A stretch of 63,334 nucleotides of DNA, filler included, from Reticulomyxa filosa (lineage: Eukaryota; Protista; Foraminifera), in assembly GCA_000512085.1 (NCBI GenBank). It is 25 parts of 25 records of this genome, joined end to end, with 100 filler letters (N's around TTAATTAATTAA, not from the genome) between each part and the next. Parts side by side here need not be neighbours in the genome. Positions count along the whole stretch, not along the records: positions 1 to 3,239 come from ASPP01007667.1; positions 3,340 to 5,389 come from ASPP01041225.1; positions 5,490 to 8,337 come from ASPP01024845.1; positions 8,438 to 10,954 come from ASPP01038543.1; positions 11,055 to 12,939 come from ASPP01044946.1; 20 more parts are not named here. The stretch is one strand, 5' to 3'. Below are positions 1 through 13,039 of this stretch, one piece after another. The notes below the pieces were generated by a model. It saw nothing but the letters and a program-made list of their open reading frames with translations. It had not been told where the DNA came from and did not search any database. The translations under genes and the position numbers were made by a program. How positions within the stretch are numbered: the stretch's first letter is position 1; each line of letters begins with the position of its first letter.

Positions 1-640
1 GCATATGTATACGTATATACAAAACGAGTAATACTATCTACGGAAAGACTAATGATCAGATTTGAAAAGCTTATCAACGTTGGTGATATCTTCGCGAACG
101 ACAATCTGGATTAAACAAACTTTGTGCATTGGCCAAGAAGCCTGCTATGTGAAGGCCATTACTCCTGTCAAGGAATTGTGTTCAATACCTCACGTTTTTC
201 CAACAGCGCCAACATCCTATCCGAACATTACAAATATTCCTCTCTCACATGCGTAAAAAGCCGTATAACTTAGGTTTATGGCCTTTTGTTTCTCTCTTTT
301 TTAGCTTTTCGCTTTGCAATTTACCCGAAAACACTATTTCTTGTTGAAAAAAAATTGTTGGACTATAACCCAGTACCAACACAGAACTGAGCTCGCAAAA
401 TCTTCCAAATTTTGAAAATTCATCGTTAAGGAAAAAGTAGTTTGGAAAAAAAAAAGTAGTTTGTAAAAAAAAATTAAATGTAAAAAAACAAATTGGGCCA
501 CTAATGCCCCAAGAATCATAGCAAAATGAATTAGCTTAACAAAAAGAAAGCAAAAAATGTAAGTATTAACAGCCAAAACAACAACACTTTCGCAAAGTCA
601 AAATTACACTGGAAAAGCAAGCTATTCTTTTTGCTTTTCA

Positions 641-2478
641 TCATCTCCAGGAGATTTTCCTTGTTTTTCTTGCTTGTCTTGCTTTTCTTATTTTTTTTTC
701 TTTTTTCTTCTCACTTTTTCCAGTTTTTTCTTTTTTCTCTTTGTCTTTATCTTTGTCTTTGTCCTTATCTTTGTCTTTATCTTTGTCTTCTTCCTCATCT
801 TCATTTTCCTGTTGTTTTGTGGATTTCATGTGATGCAAAGCAGGGAGCCAAACGGGTGGTTCGTCAAATTTCGGATGCAAAGAGACGAGGAATTCTTCGT
901 AATCGATCATTCCGCCTTTGTCCAAAGCTTGTTCTTCGATGAGTTGACAAGCTCGTTCCCACTCTCCCAAAGGATCTAATTCCTTGAGCTTGTCTTTGAG
1001 TTCTTTTACAGTAATGCAGCCATCGTCATCCGTATCTAATTCAGCAAAGGCTGCATATAGCCGCTCATCGCAGGCGACTAAATAGTCGTGAACAACAGCA
1101 TTGAGCAAGTCTTCGAACCGAATTCCCTTAGTCTCGCTGACGTTCAGTTCTTTGAACATGGCACGAATTTCTTTGTTGGTAATGGGTAACTGAGGAATGC
1201 TGGAGAGAGCTTTTTCAAACTCCTCATAGCTGACAATGCCGTCGCCATCTGTGTCCATCTTTTCAAAAATTTTTTCCAATTGATTAAAGTGATGAGGTCG
1301 CATACGTTGAAATTCTTTTCGAAAGAGTTTGACCACAACCAGTTTGAACTGACATGTGTTGGAAAACTTGGCCAGCGTGGTAAGCATTTCTTTTGGGATA
1401 ATGGGTCTTTCTACAGACTCTTCTGTCATCACCCCGCCATTCAAAATCCAAGGATGAACCAATCCCTCGTTCGCAGAGTATCTATCCGTCACGTCTTTGG
1501 CCAGCAAATGCGCAATCAAATCTTTGACAGCCGCACTTACAGGAATGTGTGAAGGAAACCACGGCCCAAATCCATATTTATTCGTGTCTCGCACTTTCGG
1601 AAAAAATCCCTTTTTAATTTTTTCATAAATTGCACTTCTCTCCTTTTTTCCGTACACCTGCGGATCCACGTAAAAAGGGGGATATCCAAACAACATTACG
1701 TATAATATCACCCCTACGCTCCACACGTCCGCTTGATGATTGTACTTTTTGGCCGCCACAATTTCCGGTGCTGTGTAATACGGCGTCCCACACAAGTGCG
1801 TCAAGTACTGCAATCGTGGCAACACTTTGCTCATGCCAAAGTCAATGATTTTTACCAGCGAGTTCTCAGTTTTATCTAAAAACAATATGTTGTCTGGCTT
1901 CAGATCACAATGTACAATTTCGTGGACCTCGTGCATAAATTTCAATGCCGATAGCAACTGCTTGATCACTCGTGCTGCGTCACTCTCCGTGTATTTCTCG
2001 CGTGCTACTATCCGCTGAAACAATTCCCCACCTGTGCACTCTTCCATCACTATATACAAATACGGCTTGTCTTCGTATACTTTCTCAAGCTTTATTATGT
2101 TCTCATGCTGCAGTGTTGCCAATATTTCGATCTCATCGTGCATTGCTCGTAAAAATCGATTGCGGTGCTCCACTGGAATACGATAGAATCGGTTTTTGCT
2201 CAGTATCTTCACCGCGTATGTCGTCTTTGATGTCTTGTTGCGACATCGAAATGTTACACCAAATTGTCCTGGCTCTCCCAGTTGTTGCAATTTGTCAAAG
2301 TCTTCTTCGAACCTTTGCGTTGGTGGTCCGATCCATATCTAATATTATTGTTATCATCACTTTTCTTTTTTTTGGTGGCTTTGACTCAGGTCGTGTCCGA
2401 AAAGTGTATTTGTAAGAAAAATACCGTCTTTGCTCCTTTGACTTGGTGCCTGATATCCTCCGCAGACAATGTGGTCAT
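641..2478 (-). CDS. Calcium-dependent protein kinase (Ser/Thr kinase + calmodulin-like EF-hand domain)
   Basis: Kinase motifs AVK, HCDLKPDN, DFG, GTPYYTAPE, DVWSVG; EF-hands DTDGDGIVSYEE and DTDDDGCITVKE plus two degenerate ones. Predicted exon 1 at 2478-2425 (MTTLSAEDIRHQVKGAKT), GT-AG intron 2424-2339, exon 2 continues in frame (IWIGPPTQRFEEDFDKLQQLGEPGQFG). Confidence 0.93.
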
Positions 2479-2692
2479 TTTTCCTACAATCGATTATACA
2501 CAAAAAATATTCGCTTCAAAATTTGGTCTTCTCTTTTTTTTTTCCCCACCGTTTGAACCAACTTTTTTGGCGTGCTGCGCTCAGTCGGGAAAAGAGACCC
2601 AAAAAATTGAAAATTAGTGGCAACAACAAATGATGGCATAAACCACAATCGATGTTTTCAATTATTTTGATAAGCAACACTCAATACGGTTA

Positions 2693-3142
2693 ATGTCCTC
2701 AAACCGTCAAAAAAAAGTTTTAAATTCATTAGGAATAAAACATTCTACGAAAAGCATGCTTTCATCAGAAAGCAAAACGAAAGATAATACAATACCTTCT
2801 CAGACGTTGTTGATGCAAAAGTATGCAACAGCACGTCGTCAACAAAGCATTCAACATGACGACATAAACAACGAACGCCGAAGCACCGACCCGAGTGGTA
2901 ATATGAACGGGCAACAATTTGGGCATTTCCACAAACACCACCACATACACCATCCAACACGAGTATCAATGGACCAATATGTATACAATTCCACCGGGAC
3001 GTTTCGTGTGAGCAAGAAGAGAGCAAACTCGGATGAGTTCGATGAGCAGATCATAAACGAAGACGAGATGGAAGTTGAAGACGATTTTTTGGGTCATAAC
3101 AACCATATCAATGGGGTGTTGACACGAGTCGGAATGAGTTGA
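2693..3142 (+). CDS. Hypothetical hydrophilic protein, divergent from the CDPK
   Basis: 149-aa ATG-initiated ORF with coding-like composition; no recognisable motif. Confidence 0.45.
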   Translation: MSSNRQKKVLNSLGIKHSTKSMLSSESKTKDNTIPSQTLLMQKYATARRQQSIQHDDINNERRSTDPSGNMNGQQFGHFHKHHHIHHPTRVSMDQYVYNSTGTFRVSKKRANSDEFDEQIINEDEMEVEDDFLGHNNHINGVLTRVGMS

Positions 3143-3157
3143 GTCCCTTTGAATCTC

Positions 3158-3195
<38 letters not shown>

Positions 3196-3201
3196 CGAAA
3201 A

Positions 3202-3233
<32 letters not shown>

Positions 3234-3239
3234 AAAAAA

Positions 3240-3339
3240 NNNNNNNNNNNNNNNNNNNNNNNNNNNNNNNNNNNNNNNNNNNNTTAATTAATTAANNNNN
3301 NNNNNNNNNNNNNNNNNNNNNNNNNNNNNNNNNNNNNNN
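3240..3339. other. Artificial contig spacer (N44-TTAATTAATTAA-N44). First of 24; the others start at 5390, 8338, 10955, 12940, 14070, 19265, 26095, 28439, 30297, 32356, 34065, 36813, 39373, 43673, 48003, 49363, 50972, 53606, 55605, 56894, 59513, 60681, 62047
   Basis: Identical 100-bp structure each time. The core has stop codons in all six frames, and flanking sequences are unrelated. Confidence 0.99.
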
Positions 3340-4807
3340 ATCATCGTCATCACCATCATCGCCACCAAATGAATGAATAGAATGTTCAATCCAACTTCTC
3401 AGACACAAAATATAATCATATAAACATTGAATTTGTTCAAACATTTGTTCTGTTTTATTCGTTGAGAGATATCCCAAAGCCATCCATTTGTGCAATTCCT
3501 TCACCTTCTTGCACAACTTTACAATTGCTTTTTTCCAATCCGCTGCGATAGTTGTATTGTATTTGTATTGCTTTGTGTCAATTTGCTTGTTGATTTATAA
3601 AAAAAAAAAAAAGAGCAAACCATGGTAGAAATTAAAAGGAAGACGATAAGTATGAGAATCGTTGGCAGCAGTGGTTTTGCCATTATCATCGATTGTAATA
3701 TAAAAAAGCTTTGGACTGGTATGGGCAGAGTGAGTGTAATCTGCTGAGTCCTGAACACAAAGTCGATGGAAATTTTGACAACAAGAACGACGTCTTTTAA
3801 GCCCATCTAGCATTTGAATAAGAAATTGACATTGCCTTGAATATTCGTAATTGGACAAAACATTACTTTGCATATGGGTCAAAGGTTCCATTGAACTGTA
3901 ATCAATGAACCCATGATTTTGACCCGTTCGAATTCCATCTTCACCCCATTTTTGTAATATTTTCATCACATAATATTTATTGCGACCTCGAAATTTTCGT
4001 TTCATTTTTTTTTGTTGCATTTTATTTGCAAAAGAATATGCTTTCCAAAAAGATACTGCTTTTCTCCACCAACTATTGCTATTCGGATCAAACAATGATC
4101 GATACAATAATATTGGGTTTTTATTTACAAATGATCTCCAAATATCCATCCAATTTAAATGACCTTCAATTTCCCAATTTCGGATGCCATGCCAAGGGAA
4201 TTTTGCAATCGAATTTTCATTTTTGCCATTGAAAAATTCCATCCCATTCGTTTTGCCTGATCTGTTGTCGATTTTTATTGATACCATATTCTGTGCATGA
4301 TCTAAGTCCAAGTGTAATCGCTCCTTGCGTTTGTGCATCCATTCAAATTGGTCTGGCTCTTTTAAGACCAATTTATACTTTATTTTATTATTATTATTAT
4401 TATTATTATCTTTTTTTTTTTTTTTGTATCTAAACTTTTCTATACAAGAGAGCACTCGAATTCAACACGCGCTGAAATGAACGGGAAACTAAAGGCAGCA
4501 ATGCAAGTTCCTCCGTCTCCAAATTCGAAAATACATGCAAAAGGACATTGGCAGGTAAAATTTCCTCCATTGGAGATATTCGAAAATACAAACGGTGCAG
4601 TTTGCTTTTGAAAGATACGTACTCCTCATTTCCGCTCACGTCACCTTTTTCGATTATTTTCTTTATCCTCGCCATTCTTTCTTCTAAGAATTCTCTCAAG
4701 TCTTTCAGTTCGCACAGGTCACTCAAAAATGTCAACAACTCTTGCCTATTTCCTGAGGTTTTGCAGACATTTTCCAAATACTGGTATATGTATAAACAGG
4801 ATTTCAT
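3340..4807 (-). CDS. F-box-containing protein (multi-exon, 3' partial)
   Basis: F-box-like EEILPANVLLHVFSNLETEELALLPLVSRSFQRVL in ORF 4430-4945. A short GT-AG intron (~4435-4378) joins it in frame to ORF 3595-4455. Confidence 0.7.
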
Positions 4808-4931
4808 TATTTTATTTTTATTATTTTTTTTTAGGGTACTTTTTTTTGAAGGGAAAAAATCTATCAAATTTATTATCTCTCCTACTTCTTGAGACAAGTG
4901 CAAACACAAACAGGATCCCTTTACCAACGAA

Positions 4932-5389
4932 ATGAAAGCAAACATGAAGACATCAACTCCCTTTGAAACTTTGGCTGCTTTACCAATAAAAATTGCGCAC
5001 GCCCAATGTATAGTTTACAAGCACGAGATACTTATTTGTGGAGGTTATAATATAAGAGAATGTTATTCGTATCATACAATTAAAAACCAATACAAGTACA
5101 TCTGTTCTTATCCAGATTATGTTAAATTAAAAGGACACTGTGTGATGAAGCTTGCAGATGACAATGACATGAATGTAATTACTTTGATATCATTTGGTGG
5201 ACAAGATGAAAATCAGCAAAAGCATACATTAATAATGAAATATACGAGTGTTTGGGGTGATGATAAAAGAATTGAAAAGAAAAAAGGATCTTCCAATAAA
5301 TGGTTTCCTTTTGACACTATTGGCAGAGATAAAGATTGTTATATTGGACTGCGTGCAGTGATTGGTGGAAGTAATAATAATTTGTTATT
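4932..5389 (+). CDS. Kelch-like beta-propeller family protein, 5' part
   Basis: TPFETLAALP..QCIVYKHEILICGG..CYSYHTIKNQYKYICSYP..GHCV, the same family as the genes at 20866, 36475 and 37090; truncated by a spacer. Confidence 0.85.
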
Positions 5390-5589
5390 NNNNNNNNNNN
5401 NNNNNNNNNNNNNNNNNNNNNNNNNNNNNNNNNTTAATTAATTAANNNNNNNNNNNNNNNNNNNNNNNNNNNNNNNNNNNNNNNNNNNNGTTTGCTCTTC
5501 AGTAAAAATTTTGGAAAACAAAGTCTAAACCTCCACATTTTTTCCCCTTCTCCAGAATAAATTATTTCTTGTGTAAAATCTGAAGAAAA

Positions 5590-8006
5590 ATGCTGCTTTT
5601 AAATACTATAGAAGAGAAACACAAACAACCGGTGATGACTCAGCTTTTTTCGGTTGAAACTTGCTTGGATAAGCAATGGATACAAGCAACGAACAAAGCG
5701 AGCAAACTCAAGCACTTTGTTTGTGCAGTTTGCCAACAAATAGCATATCCACCAACACAATTGACTTGCAAAGAGCATGAGAATCTCAGCGATGCTGTTG
5801 TGGTTGGAGAATATTGCCTCAAGCAATATCTTAAAAAAAATACCAATCGGTGTCCAGTTGGCCAGCATGACAATTGCACCTATGTTAATGTGGCCATCCT
5901 TCGAAACCAAATTAATGATTTGAAGGTTATTTGTCCACGACAGTACCAAAACAATGGATGCCAGTATCCAGTAGAAGGAGAAGAAGAGGGAGAAACAACA
6001 TCGACAAATGGTGATAAAAAAGTAACGAAATGTGCATTCAAAGGAGAATTAAGACAGATGCAGGATCATCTCGACAATCACTGTCATTTGAAATTATTGG
6101 ATTGTCCATTCAAGCCATTTGGATGTAATATCACATTATTTGAACAAGATATACAACAACATTGCACATTGCAATTCGAATTGCATTTGAATTTGATTAC
6201 TAATTTGGTACAGTCATTGAGTACCACAATACAACAGAAAGATACCGAAATTATTCAACTCAAGCAATCCAAGCCGAAATCCACTCAAGTTCCTGATTAA
6301 TTAATTTTTTGTTGTTTTTTTTTTTTTTTAAAAAAAATTAAATTCCCAAAAATATTTTGTAGTTTTTCATCTCAATTCACAAATTTATGCATATGTGTAC
6401 GTACATAATTAATCTCCAAACCCAAGCAGTTGGTGACAAAAGGAGATTTGCAACTGAAGATAGAAAGCGAAAAAAAGAATAAGCAAATTGCGACGAAAGG
6501 TAATGTAATAGCAGACAAAAATGAGGAAATCCTCCGACTGCAAACACAAGTGAGTGCTCTGAAAGAAGAGACCCAACAAAAACAAAGACAAATGGAAGAA
6601 TTGAGACAACGAATTCAAACTCTCAATCAACAAAGGAACTCTGGTCAAACTAACAATGATCACAAAACTAATACTGACAATAGTTCAACAAAGAATTTTC
6701 CTGTTGCTTTTCCTTCTATTTCTTCTTCTTCTTCTTCTTCTTCTTCGAAAAAGTTTATATCTGCCAAACAACTGCGCAGCTTCTGTGGACATAAACACAG
6801 TATAAATAGTGTGCAATTTTCACCATTTGACGGTGGTTGCACAATTTGTAGTGCTTCGGATGATGGAACTGTTCGCTTGTGGCACACACAAGCGAGCAAA
6901 CAATTGCAAATATTCGAAGGACATTCCAAGTGTGTACTTTGTGTTCAGTTTTCCCCATTTCATCATTACCTGCCAGAATTAACCCACGAAGATAATCCTG
7001 GTGATCTGGTACGGATAGCACTCATCGCGTGGCTCCGGCCATTTGTTCTGCATCTAAAGATTGCACTATCAGGTTCTGGGACATTGGCACGGCAACAGAA
7101 ATTCAACGCCTTAAGGGACACAAGGCTGGCGTCACAAGTATTGACTTTTCACCATTTCATTATGGCCGCTTTCTATGTTCTGGATCATGGGATAATACCA
7201 TTCGTCTTTGGGATGTTCAAAATTACAAACAGCTGCATGTGCTCAATGGACATAAACATTATGTATCTTGCGTTAAATTTTCATCCTTTCCACGTGATCC
7301 CAATAATGTCGATGGAAGTATTCAATCGAATTCTATTATTGGAGGCTCTGGTTATACCATTTGCTCTGCATCGTGGGACAAAAGCATTTGTTTATGGGAT
7401 ATTCAAACCACTAAATTGTTGTCAGTGTTCAATGGACATGAAGACACTGTATCCTATGTGGATTATGCGTCGACGTCTCTCACATCAACTCCTTCTTCTA
7501 TGACCACGCCTGGCTCCACATTTTGTCCGAATTCCATTTGCTCGGCATCGTATGATGCCACTGTTCGTTTGTGGGATATTCGAATGAACAAGCAAGCGCA
7601 CATTTTCAAAGGACATACAAATAACGTTCTTTGCGCCAAATTTGCACCATTTCCAAATCTCAAAGATAGAAATAAGAACGATAAAAGCACCAGTGGCAAA
7701 TCTTGGTTTAATATGTTTACTTTTAATAATGGCACCTCTTCTGCTGGTGATGGATATGTCATTTGCTCTGGCTCTGCTGATAAAACCATTCGTTTTTGGG
7801 ATTTGCGAACCACAAAAGAATTAACTGTTCTCAATGGACACAGCGGCGCGGTTAATGCTCTTCACTTTTCGCAATTGCGAGCCAGTCTTATTTCTGATGA
7901 TAGCTCAAAAAGTGATGAAAAGGATGACAACACTGGTGCAAGCTCTCGTTTACAATATTTTTTATGTTCTGCATCTGAAGATAAAACGATTCGTTTGTGG
8001 GGATGA
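5590..8006 (+). CDS. Degenerate-RING/TRAF-type zinc finger + coiled coil + WD40-repeat protein
   Basis: CAVCQQIA..CLKQYL..CPVGQH and TRAF-ZnF-like HLDNHC..CPFKPFGC..H; intron 6289-6429 (phase 0); coiled coil; multiple GH..WD repeats. One apparent 1-nt deletion near 7005 (GAT[T]CT) joins ORFs 6430-7503 and 7029-8006. Confidence 0.85.
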
Positions 8007-8782
8007 ATTTGGGACTTTGCGATTTATTGATGTTTATTGTTATCTTGTGTTTATATTGTCTCGGAAACCATTGTTACGTTTTAAATTTTTAAAGCAAGGA
8101 ATTTCTACAATAACATACCAAAAACTCTATAAGTAGTAAATTCTCGGCATTAACAGAATATCTTTAATTAATTGTTCGAAAAAATGAAATAACATATTTT
8201 TTATTTTTTATTTTTTTCACTTTTTAAGGATATCCAACAAATCACTTCATTTCATCCTTCAAACTGTTACCAGTTGTTATTTTTATGTTTATCAAGACTT
8301 TGAAATAAATCTTTTTTCTCTTGGTTTTTGTTAGTACNNNNNNNNNNNNNNNNNNNNNNNNNNNNNNNNNNNNNNNNNNNNTTAATTAATTAANNNNNNN
8401 NNNNNNNNNNNNNNNNNNNNNNNNNNNNNNNNNNNNNAAAAAAAGAAAAAGGAAAAATGAAATTAAAAAAAGAAAAAAGTATGCAAAAGAAAAAAAAAGA
8501 ATAAAATGAAAATAAATAAATAAAGAAAAAAAAAAAGAAGATAATAAGAATTATTATTTTAATATTTAAAAAAATGATTATATCCCGCGCGGGATGTCAA
8601 CGAGCCATGATCAATATCTCAAAATTCCAATTGGACATGGCGACGGAAACAACTCAAGCAACAATAACATATCTCTTCCAGCCAAAACTTCACCACAACC
8701 AAACAACCAGTAGCCAGGTCCCAGTAATGTTGTTGAAGAAAAAGGTAACAAAACAAACTTCATCACAATAAAAGCAATTATT

Positions 8783-10875
8783 AATCTCTTTTGTCACTTT
8801 GAATGTTTTGATGTTGAGGAAATCAGAAAGGAGAAGATTGAAAAGACGAACATTGTACAAGCCCATCACCTTGTACTGCGAGCAAGACAAAGATAACACG
8901 AACGAACAACACAAACAACATAGACATAGCACCGCAGATAATCATGTTATGTATCATTGTCTTGAGCATCTTGTGTATCAACAATTATTATATTTCACAA
9001 CTATTGGGAGAGCCATATCTTGACTCTGCAAAAATACATTGGAGTCGTGGACGCAAATGAAAAATAGTAATTGCAATCCCAATGACAGCGAAGTGCAAAT
9101 AGTATTGAATGAATTTGGTGCTTGTTGAATAACCTATTTTCACACATGGACAATGATAATATGTACGCGCTGTTAAAGAATTATGTTCTGGTATGCGGCT
9201 ATGGTCAAATAATAGAGTGCGTTGCGTGTTTGAAGATTAATCAAAGGCTTGCACTAATCACATAGGAGAATATCACAGGGACAGAGTCAAAACAGCGTTG
9301 GTCGCATTCGCTCACACTATCATTAGTTTTGCCAAAGGACAAATTAAACGTCAATACAATTAAGGCATTCCAAAAAAAAGAGCCTTTGGATATGTGGTCC
9401 GAGTATGAGCCAAAAGTTGGAAAATGGAGTCGGAACCAAGTCCGAAGACGAAGTGAGCAGCGCGATGCTTGCAGAGCGAACGAAGTTTGGGCCAAGGTCA
9501 ACATTGAAGAGCATTTGGAACAGCAAATGTTTCGTGACTGACCCAACCACAGTGATGAGTATTATGCCTTTCAATTGAGTCAACCAAAAGGAAAAGAGCT
9601 ACTGTGTGTTCTGCTGAAACACGAATCAAACGACGCTAGTAAGATACTAACTCTTTTGTATTGAATAACAAATCTATAGTCAGCCCTGTGTTTTTTTGCT
9701 TGGAATTGGATTAATTGGAGTGCTATTGACATATATTGGCCAAATATGAATGTTGGATGTGCAATCAGACAACTCATGTTGTGTGGACTTTGCGCTTTTT
9801 TGGTAAATGCTTGTCTTCAGAATTTGTGGTATTGCTTTGAAGAGATGCAACATTTTCCAGTGACTATGAACGCGTACAGATATTGACAACAACAAGCAAA
9901 GACAAAGCTCGGATAATGATGAACTTGTCCAAGAATGGAATTAATTTTAAGGATATATTGCCAACAATTGTCTGGAACTTGCTGTCAAATACAAAATGAT
10001 AGATTACGAAAGAATTGTTGTACTGGTCAACGATGCCTTTATCACCTTGTATGGTTCTCGTATGCTTATTTTAAAAAATAAAAAAAATGCACTGTCGAGA
10101 CCTGATATTATTGAATTGAACAAGCAGACAAAGCGCATGTACTTGAGTTTGGACTGTCGTCACATTGTCTTGGAAGAAACAGAAGTAAATCCCGCAAAGT
10201 CAAACAAAAAAAAACAACCAAATATACTTATAAATTGCCGATCGTTGGAAAAAATGGTGTCAATGACGTGAGTTATGTGTATCGATTTGCTGATGACTCC
10301 AATAATACGTCTGCTAACATATCACAGACGGATCACTTTTTACATGGCTATCCTCCATCCTTTTCCAATGCCATTGCAAACAATGAATCCCTTATTCATC
10401 AACTATTCATAATGGCCTTGAAGCCACAATCATTTGTTAATACAAATCCTCCCTTCTTCCGATCAAGCCTCGGACACATCTCCTTCTGTTTCTTCGTTAT
10501 CAAGCCACACCTTTCCAGTGACGTCCCTGTATTTGTAGTCACTCAAATGCCGAAAGAGTCCATCTATTGGGCCAAATTGAAACAACTTATTGGCTCAAAC
10601 ATTGAAGCTTCTGCAAAGGTCAAGATAGAAATAGAACTTCAATCCTTGCTGAAGAAATATTTTGTGGTATCGACGAAACAACAAAAGATATGAACATGCA
10701 ATACATTTCACAAATGCATAAACTTTGAGATTTGATATGTTCAAGGAATCTACAAATCATCACAAGAAAGTATTACATGTTCGTATCTTTAGTAGGAGTA
10801 TATACAAGTGAAACAAGCAATGTCCAACTATTTATATCAACTGTAAATAGTGAACAATGCTTTATGTCAATTGCT
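8783..10875 (+). repeat. Dispersed ~2-kb repeat / decayed gene-family member, copy 1
   Basis: Collinear similarity to 30531-32355 (e.g. caatcccaatgacagcgaagtgcaa, caatgacgtgagttatgtgtat, cttcaatccttgctgaagaaatatt); fragmented ORFs with stops and frameshifts. Confidence 0.9.
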
Positions 10876-11246
10876 AATATGTCAGTATCGTTTTTTTCAA
10901 AGTATTGAGATTTAATGTTAAGTAATGTGTGTTATACACTCTTTATTTTCTGTTNNNNNNNNNNNNNNNNNNNNNNNNNNNNNNNNNNNNNNNNNNNNTT
11001 AATTAATTAANNNNNNNNNNNNNNNNNNNNNNNNNNNNNNNNNNNNNNNNNNNNAAAAAAAAAAAAGGCAATCATAAACTATTTTCTAACTGCTTTTTTT
11101 TTAACTTGACAAAGTCAAATAAGTAGAAGGTATGTACACTCATTTGAAGTGCACATTTGTTTTGAAATTTAAAATAAAATTCAAATATAAATTTGACATT
11201 GTTTTGTTTTTGTTTTTTTAAATTGAGAAAACAAATTTGTTTTAAA

Positions 11247-11845
11247 TTATTTCAGTTTTCGACGGAGATGGATTTTGTCATCAGGGAAAAAGAGTCTGGA
11301 AGGCGGCATTATATCTTGCAAAGTGTTGGAGTCATCCAAATCTTGCTGTGTTGGTTTTGGAGGTTCTAATCGATACACAACTGGTGGTGTGCTTGGAGAA
11401 GGTGAACCTGGACGCGATTGAGGTTTGCTTTTTTCTCTCAAGAAGAATATGTTAGAACTTTGAAATTCTTTATATATTTATATTTATATTTAAATATATG
11501 TACATTTTTATATTTATAATACGCTTGACAATTGTTTTAATTGATTAATAAATAAATAATGAAAGAATAGATAACGTGTCTTATTCCAAAATTCATCGAG
11601 GACATTTTCTTGAGATCGAATCTTGGAGTCAGTTGAAGGCTCACTTTGAGGTCTTCGTTGTGGATGTAAGTCTAACCAATAAGGCAACCAATAGCCTTGA
11701 TTTCTTAATTGATTCATTAATGGCAGATACACTTTGGTATCAAAGTCCAAATTCAATTGTTGATAACAATACTTTCTTCCTCGATTGCTCACTCTCAGTT
11801 GAGCTTTTTTTCCAGTGCGTTTCCTCCAACCTCTTTGGATTTTCT
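11247..11845 (-). CDS. Hypothetical protein with IQ-like motif (multi-exon)
   Basis: The frame of ORF 11514-11792 extends upstream to an AG acceptor, giving KIQRGWRKR; Pro-rich last exon 11247-11441. Confidence 0.4.
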
Positions 11846-12416
11846 ATTCATTCAATTTTTATTTCTTTTTTTTCGTCCGCTTTCTGACAACAAAATTCTA
11901 TTACAAAACTTTTGAGGTTTTATTCATTCCACTGAACGAACATCTTGAAAGGAAGGTCAAGGAAGTCAGGGAAGTCAAGGGGAGGCTAGATTGTGGATAT
12001 GAACTTAAAACTCGAAACATCATCCCCCTTAAGAAAGTTTTACGTTTTGTGTCCCCTTCTTTTTTTTTGAGTATTCCTTTTGCGTAAATTAATATATGAG
12101 TATATGTATTTGTAATTCTAATAGCTTGATACAGTATATCTTTGGTTATCTCTAGACCTTATTTATAAACTTTTGTAAGTTGCCAAAGCGGTAACTTCCT
12201 AATTTTCATTGATATACACCCAAGAACACAAGCAAAAAGATGAAGCAATGTATTAATAACATATTTTATCTATTACTTCTAATAAAAGCACCTGTGAAGC
12301 ACCAAAAATATGATATTTTGACAAAAGTCAATACTGAAATGTAAAAAGGCAAGTTTTTTCTTCGCAAGAAAAGGGCATTAGTTAATCGTTGGAAAAAAAA
12401 GTAAAAGTTCAATAGA

Positions 12417-12903
12417 GCTCGAGGACAGCAAAACTGGAGGGGACTAAGACAAGAGATTCCCTGAAATTTGAAAATGATGCGGATAATGAACCATCAGCGG
12501 AAGACATGGCGGAACTGTCGCTGGAAGATGTAGATTTGGACGTTGTGAGCGACTCCTCCGAAACGAACGTAGCCGTCGCGGATGAGAAAAAGCCTGAACA
12601 AAAAGCAGAGACGGCAGAGACGGCAGATACAGCACCGCCACCGCCCCTGCCCCCTTCGTCCTCTTCTACCTTACAGACTCCAAAACTGCAGTCGAAAGGC
12701 AAGGAGCCAGTGACACCAAAGCAATGGAGAGACATCCGTTCCAACGACGGCGAGTGGCGAACGGTGATATTCATTCGACATGGAAAAAGCCGGTGGAATG
12801 CAGCCGAGGCATCGACCTTTTCAAAGACAATGGCAGCAGCACAAGGATTTTGGGAATTGTATAAGCATCGAATGGAAAATAGTGCCTCTGCTTCAAGTAA
12901 AGC

Positions 12904-12939
<36 letters not shown>
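12417..12939 (+). CDS. Histidine phosphatase / phosphoglycerate mutase family protein (partial)
   Basis: Signature RTVIFIRHGKSRWN after an acidic, Pro-rich N-terminal region; truncated at an (AAT)n run and spacer. Confidence 0.8.
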
Positions 12940-13039
12940 NNNNNNNNNNNNNNNNNNNNNNNNNNNNNNNNNNNNNNNNNNNNTTAATTAATTAANNNNN
13001 NNNNNNNNNNNNNNNNNNNNNNNNNNNNNNNNNNNNNNN

